Source: Bacteroidales bacterium UBA1205 (lineage in GTDB: Bacteria; Bacteroidota; Bacteroidia; Bacteroidales; WCHB1-69). From it: a DNA stretch of 64,000 bases. Of the stretch, positions 37,459 through 47,574 are shown one piece after another. The DNA lies in contig DBXT01000056.1 of NCBI GenBank assembly GCA_002309615.1, positions 3,671 through 67,670 of the forward strand, read 5' to 3'. The translations under genes were made by a program, and so were the position numbers. The number at the start of each line of letters is the position of its first letter. Position 1 is the first letter of the stretch. Below the pieces are notes generated by a model, which saw nothing but the letters and a program-made list of their open reading frames with translations, had not been told where the DNA came from and made no database searches.

Positions 37459-37881
37459 CTAACGATAAAATTCGTAATAAATAAGCGTTTCAACGCCCTT
37501 CATGGCAAAAGCATCATCTTTCAATTTGTAAATACGAGCTTCTCCCATATACGACGCTTGCAATGCAGGCGGCACTTCCTCATTTTTATCCTTTGCTTGA
37601 ATAGTAACAGCTACTCTTCCTTTGGATAAACTCATACTATATTTAAAATCTGCTATAACAAACATAGTATGATTAACAGAATCTCTGCCATAGATAGTGA
37701 GGTTGCCATTGTCAAAATCCCACATTTCTTGTTTGAGCGTGTCTACTACAAAGTAATTTAAAGATGTGTTATATCTTTCCCATTGTCCTTGAATTTTTTT
37801 CTCTTTGGAACTAACACAACTTGTCAAACTTAACACCATTAATACGCTTACAGCCAATAATAATCTTCTTGCTATTTTCAT
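37459..37881 (-). CDS. Small lipoprotein, function unknown
   Basis: MKIARRLLLAVSVLMVLSLTSC lipobox. Alternative ATG at 37902. The stop lies 1 nt before the radA start. Confidence 0.6.
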   Translation of the reverse strand: MKIARRLLLAVSVLMVLSLTSCVSSKEKKIQGQWERYNTSLNYFVVDTLKQEMWDFDNGNLTIYGRDSVNHTMFVIADFKYSMSLSKGRVAVTIQAKDKNEEVPPALQASYMGEARIYKLKDDAFAMKGVETLIYYEFYR

Positions 37882-37919
37882 ATTTAAAGTCCTTTTTATC
37901 ATCAAAAATTAAAAACGTG

Positions 37920-37927
37920 CAAAGATA
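37920..37927 (-). promoter_or_regulatory. -7 promoter box (TATCTTTG on the - strand) for the lipoprotein-radA unit
   Basis: CAAAGATA on the + strand, 17 nt upstream of ATG 37902 or 38 nt upstream of ATG 37881. Confidence 0.4.
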
Positions 37928-38014
37928 GCACTTTTTATTGAGAAAAATGCTTTTGAGTATCAAAAACATAAAAAAAAATACAAAATAACGTAACAGCAGT
38001 ATTTTCAATACCGT

Positions 38015-38695
38015 TTATTCATCTGTGAACAAATCCGGACGGTTTTTACGTGTACGTTCTTCCGATTTTTGTAACTTCCACTCCATTATCAACTTATCGT
38101 TACCCGAAAGCAACACATCGGGAACGGTATGTCCTCTATAATCATAGGGGCGAGTATACACAGGAGGAGAAAGCACGCCATATTGGAAAGAATCGCTTAA
38201 AGCCGATGTTTCATCATGCAACACCCCCGGAATCAGCCGTACCAAAGTATCACACAACACCGCCGCCGGCAATTCTCCGCCCGAAAGCACATAATCGCCT
38301 ATGGAAATTTCTTTGGTGATAAATATTTCTCTTATCCGCTCATCTATCCCTTTATAATGCCCGCACAACATCATCAGATTATTGCACATGGATAGTTCAT
38401 TAGCCATAGACTGGTTCAGCACTTCTCCGTCGGGGGTAAGAAATATGACGTGATCATACGTTCTTAGGGTGAACAAATGTTCAATGCACGCTGCTATAGG
38501 TTCTATTTTCATCACCATTCCCGATTCCCCGCCATAGGGATAATCATCCACTTTTTTATGCTTGTCGGTGGAATAATCCCGTATGTTGTGCAATTCATAT
38601 TCAAACAAATTGCTCTGTTGGGCTCTTTTGAGTATGGAACAATCAAAAAAACCGGCGAACATTTCCGGAAACAATGTTAAAATATCTACATGCAT
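38015..38695 (-). CDS. trmD: tRNA (guanine37-N1)-methyltransferase
   Basis: [40 protein letters not shown]. The ATG at 38693-38695 shares one base with the upstream stop (TGATG). Confidence 0.93.
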   Translation of the reverse strand: MHVDILTLFPEMFAGFFDCSILKRAQQSNLFEYELHNIRDYSTDKHKKVDDYPYGGESGMVMKIEPIAACIEHLFTLRTYDHVIFLTPDGEVLNQSMANELSMCNNLMMLCGHYKGIDERIREIFITKEISIGDYVLSGGELPAAVLCDTLVRLIPGVLHDETSALSDSFQYGVLSPPVYTRPYDYRGHTVPDVLLSGNDKLIMEWKLQKSEERTRKNRPDLFTDE

Positions 38696-39402
38696 CACTC
38701 TTCGTATTTATATCCCACCCCTTTGATGGTTATAATATTATCTATTCCCAATTTTTCACGCAACCTGCGTACATGCACATCTATGGTTCTGTCACCTACT
38801 ACTACCTCATCACCCCACACTGCCGCATATATTTCTTCACGGCGAAACACTTTTGAAGGCCTGGAAGCCAATAAATATAAAAGTTCAAATTCTTTACGGG
38901 GCAAAACAAAAGTATCCTGACCATGTCTTACTATATAGTTTTCCACATCTATGACCAAATTTTTCAAATTGATACTTCCTTGGCTATAAAATGAACTATT
39001 TCGTAAAGACCTTTTTACAAACGAAGAACGTCTCAACAGCGATTGCACCTTAGACACCAATACTTTAGGCCTGATGGGTTTGGCTATATAATCATCCGCA
39101 CCGGATTCAAAGCCTTCTATTTGAGAATAATCTTCGCTTCTTGCCGATAGGAAAGCTATCAGCACATCGTTATATTGTTTTTGCGAGCGTATAGATTTGC
39201 ACACTTCAAAGCCGTCCATTCCGGGCATCATAACATCCAAAAGCACTAAATGAGGCTTGTGCTCCAACATTTTTTGCAAGGCATCGTTTCCATTGGTAGC
39301 CGTATCCACTATATAACCTTCTTTGGTAAGATTATAGCTGATAAAATCCAATATATCCGACTCGTCATCTACAAGCAATATTCTATATTTCACATTTTTC
39401 AT
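38695..39402 (-). CDS. OmpR/PhoB-family response regulator (REC + winged helix), orphan
   Basis: [50 protein letters not shown]. The track start at 39453 is a TTG and remains a possible alternative. Confidence 0.85.
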   Translation of the reverse strand: MKNVKYRILLVDDESDILDFISYNLTKEGYIVDTATNGNDALQKMLEHKPHLVLLDVMMPGMDGFEVCKSIRSQKQYNDVLIAFLSARSEDYSQIEGFESGADDYIAKPIRPKVLVSKVQSLLRRSSFVKRSLRNSSFYSQGSINLKNLVIDVENYIVRHGQDTFVLPRKEFELLYLLASRPSKVFRREEIYAAVWGDEVVVGDRTIDVHVRRLREKLGIDNIITIKGVGYKYEE

Positions 39403-39471
39403 CTTTTGCTCTTTTTTTGCAGAGACATAAATCGGGTATATTTCATGCCTCAATAATATTAATTAAAAATG

Positions 39472-39479
39472 CAAAGATA
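39472..39479 (-). promoter_or_regulatory. -7 promoter box (TATCTTTG on the - strand) for the response regulator-trmD unit
   Basis: CAAAGATA on the + strand, 18 nt from TTG 39453 and 69 nt from ATG 39402. Confidence 0.4.
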
Positions 39480-39569
39480 CACTTATTGGACATACGCGAA
39501 AAAAAACATATATTTTTATTGATAACATACAATAAAATGTTTAAGATACGTTATTTTATTTTATAGCAC

Positions 39570-40436
39570 ATGTCAATGAACGATAATTATTATAGTCCGC
39601 AAGGTTTTTCCATATTGCCTACGGCAGTAAAGAACATACTCATCATCAATGGCTTATTCTTTTTAGCCACCATCGCTACACAGCGATTTGGCATTAATAT
39701 GTATGACTTGTTCGGGTTGCATTTTTATGAATCCGAATTGTTTCATCCGTATCAATTTATCACCTATATGTTCATGCACGGCAATTTCGGACATTTGTTT
39801 TTTAACATGTTCGCCTTATGGATGTTTGGTTCAGCTATAGAAAATTATTGGGGAAGCAAACGTTTTTTGCTATACTATTTCATCACCGGCATAGGTGCCG
39901 CCATAGCCCATTATGCTATAGTGGCATGGGATTTAATCCCGACATTGCATTACCTTGACGCCTGCATAGCCGACCCTACGCTTGCCAACATTCAAGCTCT
40001 AGCACAACATCATCAATTTGCCTTTAACGGTACAGATTCTGAATTAGTTAATGGATTTAATGAATTCAAACGATATGCAATACAATTGGAATCGGGTATC
40101 AACATAGCCGAAGCCAAAGCTGCCATTAATGAATATTTAATTCAATATAGAGAATACTATGTAAGCCAACCGAATATAGTAGGTGCTTCCGGAAGTGTGT
40201 TCGGACTGCTTTTGGCTTTTGGAATGATGTTTCCCAATTCTCTCATTTACCTCTATTTTTTCATTCCTATCAAAGCCAAATGGTTTGTTATAGGTTATGG
40301 AGCATTGGAATTGTTCTACGGCATTAGCGGCACAAGTGACGGAGTGGCTCATTTTGCACACCTTGGTGGCATGCTTTTTGGATTATTATTAATATTGTAT
40401 TGGAAAAAGAAAGCAAAACAAGATTGGGAATATTAA
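39570..40436 (+). CDS. Rhomboid-family intramembrane serine protease (with a large internal insertion)
   Basis: MHGNFGHLFFNM (H..N), GASGSVFG (catalytic Ser), HLGGMLFG (catalytic His). Confidence 0.85.
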   Translation: MSMNDNYYSPQGFSILPTAVKNILIINGLFFLATIATQRFGINMYDLFGLHFYESELFHPYQFITYMFMHGNFGHLFFNMFALWMFGSAIENYWGSKRFLLYYFITGIGAAIAHYAIVAWDLIPTLHYLDACIADPTLANIQALAQHHQFAFNGTDSELVNGFNEFKRYAIQLESGINIAEAKAAINEYLIQYREYYVSQPNIVGASGSVFGLLLAFGMMFPNSLIYLYFFIPIKAKWFVIGYGALELFYGISGTSDGVAHFAHLGGMLFGLLLILYWKKKAKQDWEY

Positions 40437-41351
40437 ATGGCAGGATATAATCGTTTCGGCAGTCAACAATGGGAATATCGCCTTAAAGCGTTTTTTACTT
40501 CCAAACGTGCTCTTAACCGCCTTATTGCCATTAATATAATTGTATATTTGCTTGGTTTGATTATACAGTTATTGGGCAATATTACTTCATTTTTGTATGC
40601 AGCTCCCCCTGCACAGCCTTCGGAATGGATATGGGATTGGTTGGCTGTAAGTGCCAATATACAACAGCTTCTTTTCAAACCATGGACGATGATTACCAGT
40701 TTATTCGTTCATGCTAATTTTTCTCATATTCTTTTCAATATGATAACCCTTTACTTTGCCGGAACCATTTTCACGAAATATTTCTCCGACAAACAGTTAT
40801 ATACGGTTTACTTTATAGGCGGTATCATAGGAAATTTGCTTTATATTTTATCTTACAACTATTTTCCTGTGTTTGAGTCAGTGAAAGAATATTCTTTTGC
40901 AGTAGGCGCCTCGGGTGCTATTATGGCAATATTGGTGGCTATAGCCTGCAAAGTTCCTAATTATAATATCAATTTGTTATTTTTGGGGAATATCCAACTC
41001 AAATGGGTAGCCATATTGTTTGTTATTATTGATATACTGAGTATTCCTCACGAAAATTCGGGAGGGCATTTTGCTCATTTGGGCGGTGCATTATTCGGAT
41101 GTTGCTATGTAATGATTCCCTATTTAAAAAATTCATCAGCCTTTCACACTGCATTTAAAACGTCAACACCTCACACGCCACCACCCTATCAAGGTCGACC
41201 CAAGAGTGATGAAACCTATAATGCAGAAAGAGCACAATATCGTAAACGGGTGGATGAAATATTGGATAAAATTGCCAAAAACGGTTATCAAAGTTTAAGC
41301 AAAGAAGAAAAAGAATTTTTATTTGACACAAGCAAGAAAAAGAATTGGTGA
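40437..41351 (+). CDS. Rhomboid-family intramembrane serine protease (second copy, charged cytoplasmic tail)
   Basis: VHANFSHILFNM, GASGAIMA, HLGGALFG. The ATG directly abuts the upstream TAA. Confidence 0.85.
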   Translation: MAGYNRFGSQQWEYRLKAFFTSKRALNRLIAINIIVYLLGLIIQLLGNITSFLYAAPPAQPSEWIWDWLAVSANIQQLLFKPWTMITSLFVHANFSHILFNMITLYFAGTIFTKYFSDKQLYTVYFIGGIIGNLLYILSYNYFPVFESVKEYSFAVGASGAIMAILVAIACKVPNYNINLLFLGNIQLKWVAILFVIIDILSIPHENSGGHFAHLGGALFGCCYVMIPYLKNSSAFHTAFKTSTPHTPPPYQGRPKSDETYNAERAQYRKRVDEILDKIAKNGYQSLSKEEKEFLFDTSKKKNW

Positions 41352-41352
41352 T

Positions 41353-42450
41353 ATGGAAAAAAAACGCGGAATAGGTCTACCTGTAAGAATAGTGATGTTA
41401 ATACTCAACGGGTGTTTTATCGCCCTATTGTTGCTATCCTACTTGTGCCAACTGCTGAATCCTCATACTTTTCCCAAACTCAGCATCTTTTCCATATTAT
41501 ATCCTTACACACTCATTATCAATATTCTATTTATTATCTATTGGGCTATTACAAAAAACAAACATGCATTTTGGTCCATTATAGCCATCGTTATAGGCTG
41601 GTCCAATGTAGGCAAATTTGTTCAGTTGAAAGCCACTCCCCTGCCTGAAAACACACAAAGCACGAAAATTATGAGCTACAATGTTCATGTAATGGGCGTA
41701 GATAACCATAGCATTCATCAAAAAGACAGTATCATCTCTTTTTTGGCAGAAGAACAACCCGATATTATATGCTTGCAGGAATTTTACGACCGCAAGGAAA
41801 AGAATATGCAACAAATCATCGGCCAAGCCGATATCAAATATTTTTACAAATCCACTTGTGTTACAGAGGGCAATGATACATACGGACTTATAACATTCAG
41901 TCGATATCCCATTATTGACCACGGTGATATCCATTTTGACAATTCCGTAGGCAATCATGCGTCTTATATAGATATCAACGCAGGAGATGATACGCTTAGA
42001 ATATATAACATACACTTACAATCCATGCATTTTGCCAATACAGACTATTCTTTTGCCCGACAAGCCACCAAACCTTCCGGCATGACTTCCGATGAATTCA
42101 AACAAGGAAGTAAAGCATTGGCACGTAAAGTAGTAAGCGCATCTGTTAAACGAAGTGAACAGGTGAGCGTTCTGCTGCAGCATATACTATCCTCACCCTA
42201 TAAAACCATATTATGCGGTGATTTCAACGACACTCCTTGGTCTTATGCCTATCGCCAACTCAGGGGAAAAGGAAAAGATGCTTTTGTAGAAAGCGGAAAA
42301 GGATTCGGAAATACTATGACTATCAACAAATTATTCTCATTTCGCATAGATTATATATTACTTCATCCCGACCTTTGTGCCTACGAATACCTCACATCCC
42401 GCACAGGATATTCTGACCATGAATGTATTATGACGAATATTACATGGTAA
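41353..42450 (+). CDS. Membrane-anchored endonuclease/exonuclease/phosphatase (EEP) family protein
   Basis: N-terminal TM helices, then KIMSYNV, DIICLQE, LCGDFND and YSDHECI motifs. The ATG at 41353 lies 1 nt after the rhomboid stop; the track start at 41323 is a TTG. Confidence 0.8.
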   Translation: MEKKRGIGLPVRIVMLILNGCFIALLLLSYLCQLLNPHTFPKLSIFSILYPYTLIINILFIIYWAITKNKHAFWSIIAIVIGWSNVGKFVQLKATPLPENTQSTKIMSYNVHVMGVDNHSIHQKDSIISFLAEEQPDIICLQEFYDRKEKNMQQIIGQADIKYFYKSTCVTEGNDTYGLITFSRYPIIDHGDIHFDNSVGNHASYIDINAGDDTLRIYNIHLQSMHFANTDYSFARQATKPSGMTSDEFKQGSKALARKVVSASVKRSEQVSVLLQHILSSPYKTILCGDFNDTPWSYAYRQLRGKGKDAFVESGKGFGNTMTINKLFSFRIDYILLHPDLCAYEYLTSRTGYSDHECIMTNITW

Positions 42451-42639
42451 TGCTATTACGTTTGTAAACATCCCCTTTTGTGACTACTCTAAATCGGACT
42501 TGCAAAAATACAATTCTTGTTCGTGATAAATATTTAGGCTTCTAAAAATCCATTATTCTTTGATACATAAACAAAAACTTTTGCATTTTACCTGAAGCCG
42601 GTGCCGACACTGATACTATAGTCAATAAAGCGAAAATAA

Positions 42640-45600
42640 CTACTCACCACTCACTACCGTTACAGAACCATTGAGTATAATAGCATTATTATTTGACATC
42701 GGTACTGCATTTACCACCCAGTAATACACGCCGTCGGCGACTTTTTTTCCTTGCATATCTTTTCCGTTCCACCAAAAACTATTGTCATAATCGGGACAAT
42801 TGGGAGCGGAACAATTGTTTTTCCACACCATGGTTCCCCATCGGTTGTAAATAGTGATGCTTAATTTATCAAAATAACCATTGTCGGATAAAGGTTTAAA
42901 CACACAAGGCTGCCAGTCGCAAATGCCGTTAGGAGTGAAAATATTAGGAAAATCCAAACCTTCCAACACTACTACGGGATGTATTACCGTATCTTCACAA
43001 TCGTAACTATCTATTATCTTCAACATCACATTGAACTCCCCTGATGCTCCGACATAAGTATGATTAGGATTGCGGGTAGTATCTGTTTGGTTATCATCAA
43101 AATCCCAAAACCATGATTTTATGTAACCATTCATGGCAGTAGACAAGTCGGTAAATTGAATGGGATCACCGTATTTGCACACCCACGGATTAGCATCAAA
43201 TTCTGCTACCGGCGGCGGGAAATTGACCACATTAACTGTATCATAATAGGTGGTGATACATTGAGTATTAACAAACCTTACCTGCACTTCATAACTATAA
43301 CTACCGCTTGCAGCAAATGACCGTTGATACGGATATTCGGTTGCCTGGTCACCGTCACTAAACGTCCAGGAAAATTGAGATATAGAGTCTGCATACGTGC
43401 TATCTCTTAATTGGAACACTGCCTCCGACAGACCGCAATTGGAAATGGTGTCAGGAATAAAATCCAACAATGGTAAATCCGCTACATGCAATGTATGGGT
43501 GATGATACTATCACATTGTTTGGCATATACATGCATAGACACATTATAATCTCCTCCTTGCGAGTACATGGTATTTCCGTGAAAACTATTGGATGTGCCG
43601 CCATTACCAAAATTCCACCATACGGAATCAATACCGGTAGTAACGGGATCGGTAACGGAAGTATTTATCAATTGCACGGCTTCGTTGGGGCAATATATGC
43701 TATCTGTGATATAATCGGCATTGAGCTGAATGGCCCATATGGTATCCTTACCACGCCATTCATATACGCACTGTTCTATTTTTCCATTATGATTAGTCCA
43801 TTTAATCAAATAGAAATAAGGCACATATGGTTTGGGAAGTGTATAGGTAAAAGAACAGGTATCATTCACCGAATTACCGCCTTTAATAATTATGTTGGCC
43901 CCGTCCGGATTCACCATAAAAGTATCGGCATTGGTAATATTCGGGGTAAACACCACATCCAAATCGGTACATCCGGAAAGTGGAGTATAGGTAAAATCGC
44001 CTATAGGGCCGTCGATGAATACATATTGCGGCATAAACAAAGTGTCTTCACATCCTATATTATCCCTTACTCTAAGGGTGATGTCATAATATCCGGCATG
44101 GCTGTAATGATGTATCACAGTGTCCATTTCATTACCTGCCACTTCATTGGCGCTACCGCTTGCACTATCGCCGAAATTCCATTGCCACCACACCACATTG
44201 CCCATAGAACTATCTTGAAAAGTGATGGTACGTCCTACGGAACTCGGACAAGGATACACATGACCCGTATCGGTGAAATGAGCGGCAACATTAGACATAT
44301 AAATGGTATCAAAATACACTTCATGGCAGTCCACATCTTCACAGGTTACGGTAAGACTCACTATGATGGTATCCATACCGGGGTTATAATTATAATGATG
44401 CGACACACCTTTATTTCCGATGGTTACAAGAGTTGTACTATCGCCAAAATCCCATAAACATATAAAATTAGTATCGTTTGAAGGGTCTATATAAGAGTGA
44501 TTGGAAAAACGGACATCATCTGTATTGCAAATCACATGCTTGTCGGGAACAAATTCAGGTACCACCTTTTTTATCAACACATAACCTAGAGAATTGATAG
44601 TGGTCTCACAATCATATTCATTAACAATTGTCAAACGCACATTGTAATACCCGGCAGTGGTATCGGATACAAATACAGAATTTTGCGCATACGAGGTGTC
44701 ATCAAAGATTATCCACCTATAATCGGTAATAATGGTACTATCGTAAGGAGCATCGGTATAGGATTCATCAATAAGATAAAAGGTGTCAGGTCTGTTAGCA
44801 CAAAACACTTCATTACGCATATGGAAATCTATACTGTCAGTGCTGGACTTAAAAGCTGCTTTGCTTGCCGGACGGACATATAAATCAGTCGGATAAGTAC
44901 GCTCACACCCTACACTGTCAACATCATAAATTACTCCGGTATAAACAGTACCGCTTTTTAATTGAGAAGAATTTAGTTCGTGATGATTTTTATAACTGAA
45001 TTGAATGCCCTTCCATTCAATCTCATCGGCAGAATCTTGTACGTTATGCAAAGTAAATCCCCAAGCTAACAGCGGCATATTGCACAATGACGAATCATAC
45101 AACGTATACCTGTTCCCTTTGCAAATGCTAAGCGAATCTGAAACAGAGGGCTCCACCACCGATATGATAATCGCTTTATAAGAAGTATCTTCACAATATT
45201 TACATCTATTATAGGTGGGACTATAAATATCTATAGAGTCATCATTAATGGCAATAATGGTATTATAAAAATAGCCCTTTTGAGTCCATAAGGCATTATT
45301 TTTTGCTTGACGAAAATCGTTGGTAACGGCACTATCAGGATCAATAAGTCCGGTAGTGGTTTGTTGCGATAATATAGGATCATCGCCAAAATACCATTGA
45401 GCCGCGGTAGCCTCTCCGAGAGGATAATATACAGGCTGAAACAACACTTTGGATTTATCACACAATAGGTAATCCACAGGGGAAGGAAGTGTATGTTCAT
45501 GGTCTATCCCCGGAGGACATATATACGCCACAGAATCAAACATTACCGTATCGGACGGACAATTATAATGAGTGGCTACCAACGCTAACCTTTGTAATCC

Positions 45601-47451
45601 CAAATGCGGCACCTTCACTTTAGGTCCTTTGGGGATAATAAAATCCTCCGGATAATCGGGGTCAAACCACACATATCTGTTATGTTTTGCCCTAGCCACC
45701 AAATTACCATTGCTGTCCAATGAATCGTACATATTCAAATCAAACGAAAAATTGGCATAACAATCTTGTACAAAATTATAGGTAAAATTCACCAAGGGTT
45801 TATATCCGAATTCGTAAGCTTCTTCATGATAAATCAAACAAGAATCTTCTACGAACACACACATAACATATTCTCCCGTATCATAATGATGACATATGGT
45901 ATCAAAATACGAAAAATGATATAGCATGGTAGTATCATTCAAATTATTTTCATAATCCCAATATATGGTGAGATTCATATCCATAGAGTCTTTTTGGGGA
46001 GAATAAAAATTATAGAAGCATACTTCATGCGGTCCGCACATATCCGTGGAATCAGTAATTGCTTTCCAGTGCACTTCCGGTGGATCTACACAATAATTCT
46101 CTCCGACTACCGGCAACACACAGCCATAAGGAGTGGTAATAATAGCAAATACACTATATGGATGAAGGCAAGATATATAATGATCATAATGCCTTTTTAC
46201 ACGATTTCCTTGTAAGGTATCTTCGTCCCCAAACATCCATAAAACATTTTCCAGACCAAAATCTTCATCGTATAAATATTGGCTGGTATTGGTAAAAGTG
46301 AATTCAAAATTAGGGAAACATCCGGTTAAATCAACTTGTATGCTTGCCGAATCAAGTTCGTAAATATGAATAGGTATGGTATCGTAACCCACACACCCGT
46401 CGGCAGATGTTGCCGTAAGATAGATAGTTTTCTCTCCTCTGTCAAAATAATCATAGGTTATTCCCTTATTGGTGGAAATATAATTATTGCTATCTATATT
46501 CCATGTATAGGTAGCACCTTTATCCATTCCCATTAACAATACCGATGCCGGCACGTAGCAAAATATGGTATCGGACACCGTAATGGTAGGCTTGAAAGAA
46601 TCTATGCGTATTTTATTCTTATAGGTAACCGTATCCGCACACCCGTAAGGAGAGTGGGCTATAAGCGTAACATCGTAAGAAGCCGATTGGTTGCCGACAG
46701 CATAAGTATGAGTAGGTGATTTTGCATACGACATGGAATTATCGCCGAAATGCCAAATATAGGTATTGCTGTCTACATCTGCGCTGGTATTGGTAAAATG
46801 TACCAAAGCATTATTTTTGCCTACGCAAAAAAAGGTGTCGATGGTGGTAAAGTCAGCTTGAGGTGTTCGTCCTACTGCAATATAATCGGTGAAACTGACT
46901 ATGCTATCACATCCGTTAGTATCTACAACAGTAAGTGATACATTATATCTTTTGGTAACATTATTGGTATAATAATGAAATGGAGCCACTTGGGTGGATG
47001 ACAAGCCATCACCGAAATCCCAGAAAAAGGAACGAGTACCGTTAGATTGAATGATGACGGGTGAAAATTGTATACCTTCTCCTGCACAAATGCTGTCATC
47101 GGTGGCATAAAAGGTAAACGCCGGTTTGATATATACGTCTATTGTCTGCGTTGCTGTATCTTTAATATTACCGGCAAAAGTAACAATAAGCGTAATGGTA
47201 TAGGTTCCGGGGTTATCATACGGGTGCTGAGGAGAAGGTGAAACCTGAGTATAATGGGTGGTATTATCGCCGAAATCCCAATCTACAGCTATTATATTGC
47301 CAATGCTTGTATTGGTAAATGTGGCGGTAGAGGGAACACATTTGGTATTTTGGATGACGGTAAAAGAGGCCGTTTGTGCATATGATGCACATACATATAG
47401 CAATAAAAATGCCATTAAACAAACACCTCTTTTTTCTATTGACCGCCTCAT
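42640..47451 (-). CDS. Giant secreted PKD-repeat protein with gliding-type (type B) T9SS C-terminal domain, 1603 aa
   Basis: Signal peptide. At least 10 W.FGD-type PKD signatures (WDFGDNTTH, WDFGDGLSS, WNFGDSASGSAN and others). C-terminal domain FPNIFTPNG..ITIYNRWGTMVWKN..GKKVADGVYYWVV..ILNGSVTVV. Confidence 0.85.
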   Translation of the reverse strand: MRRSIEKRGVCLMAFLLLYVCASYAQTASFTVIQNTKCVPSTATFTNTSIGNIIAVDWDFGDNTTHYTQVSPSPQHPYDNPGTYTITLIVTFAGNIKDTATQTIDVYIKPAFTFYATDDSICAGEGIQFSPVIIQSNGTRSFFWDFGDGLSSTQVAPFHYYTNNVTKRYNVSLTVVDTNGCDSIVSFTDYIAVGRTPQADFTTIDTFFCVGKNNALVHFTNTSADVDSNTYIWHFGDNSMSYAKSPTHTYAVGNQSASYDVTLIAHSPYGCADTVTYKNKIRIDSFKPTITVSDTIFCYVPASVLLMGMDKGATYTWNIDSNNYISTNKGITYDYFDRGEKTIYLTATSADGCVGYDTIPIHIYELDSASIQVDLTGCFPNFEFTFTNTSQYLYDEDFGLENVLWMFGDEDTLQGNRVKRHYDHYISCLHPYSVFAIITTPYGCVLPVVGENYCVDPPEVHWKAITDSTDMCGPHEVCFYNFYSPQKDSMDMNLTIYWDYENNLNDTTMLYHFSYFDTICHHYDTGEYVMCVFVEDSCLIYHEEAYEFGYKPLVNFTYNFVQDCYANFSFDLNMYDSLDSNGNLVARAKHNRYVWFDPDYPEDFIIPKGPKVKVPHLGLQRLALVATHYNCPSDTVMFDSVAYICPPGIDHEHTLPSPVDYLLCDKSKVLFQPVYYPLGEATAAQWYFGDDPILSQQTTTGLIDPDSAVTNDFRQAKNNALWTQKGYFYNTIIAINDDSIDIYSPTYNRCKYCEDTSYKAIIISVVEPSVSDSLSICKGNRYTLYDSSLCNMPLLAWGFTLHNVQDSADEIEWKGIQFSYKNHHELNSSQLKSGTVYTGVIYDVDSVGCERTYPTDLYVRPASKAAFKSSTDSIDFHMRNEVFCANRPDTFYLIDESYTDAPYDSTIITDYRWIIFDDTSYAQNSVFVSDTTAGYYNVRLTIVNEYDCETTINSLGYVLIKKVVPEFVPDKHVICNTDDVRFSNHSYIDPSNDTNFICLWDFGDSTTLVTIGNKGVSHHYNYNPGMDTIIVSLTVTCEDVDCHEVYFDTIYMSNVAAHFTDTGHVYPCPSSVGRTITFQDSSMGNVVWWQWNFGDSASGSANEVAGNEMDTVIHHYSHAGYYDITLRVRDNIGCEDTLFMPQYVFIDGPIGDFTYTPLSGCTDLDVVFTPNITNADTFMVNPDGANIIIKGGNSVNDTCSFTYTLPKPYVPYFYLIKWTNHNGKIEQCVYEWRGKDTIWAIQLNADYITDSIYCPNEAVQLINTSVTDPVTTGIDSVWWNFGNGGTSNSFHGNTMYSQGGDYNVSMHVYAKQCDSIITHTLHVADLPLLDFIPDTISNCGLSEAVFQLRDSTYADSISQFSWTFSDGDQATEYPYQRSFAASGSYSYEVQVRFVNTQCITTYYDTVNVVNFPPPVAEFDANPWVCKYGDPIQFTDLSTAMNGYIKSWFWDFDDNQTDTTRNPNHTYVGASGEFNVMLKIIDSYDCEDTVIHPVVVLEGLDFPNIFTPNGICDWQPCVFKPLSDNGYFDKLSITIYNRWGTMVWKNNCSAPNCPDYDNSFWWNGKDMQGKKVADGVYYWVVNAVPMSNNNAIILNGSVTVVSGE

Positions 47452-47521
47452 CTATGCATAAGATGAAAAATTATTGATTTTTGTTGCCTGCATCGCAAAA
47501 AAATATCACTTTTTATACCAA

Positions 47522-47559
47522 AAAAGGTATCATCCAGTAATAGTTGGATGATACCTTTT
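47522..47559 (-). terminator. Rho-independent terminator after the upstream giant gene
   Basis: 15-bp stem at 47522-47536 / 47545-47559 (core GGTATCATCCA) with loop GTAATAGT. On the - strand it runs into a U6 tract. Confidence 0.7.
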
Positions 47560-47574
47560 ATTCATTCACAATCA

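Noticed and set aside
42503-42510. A CAAAAATA (minus-strand TATTTTTG) box in the convergent gap after the distal giant gene. A second box lies at 52612-52619, 94 nt upstream of the 1647-aa gene.
   Set aside because: No ORF or start codon lies at the characteristic 22-32 nt distance. The motif is degenerate enough to occur by chance in AT-rich DNA.
43486-44457. Long antisense ORFs inside well-supported genes. Examples: 43486..44457 (323 aa), 51079..51774 (231 aa), 25145..25843 (232 aa), 16355..16957 (200 aa), 9171..9740, 9737..10303, 8816..9331, 4829..5296, 41527..42015 and 56784..57317.
   Set aside because: All lie fully inside genes with strong family motifs on the other strand. Their translations are I/H/R/C/F-rich with no motifs, the usual shadow ORFs of an AT-rich codon bias.
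47452-47520. Looked for a promoter or an invertible-promoter structure upstream of the 1603-aa gene.
   Set aside because: No exact -7 box and no flanking inverted repeats apart from the terminator hairpin. Expression may rely on read-through or a degenerate promoter, and this cannot be resolved from sequence.
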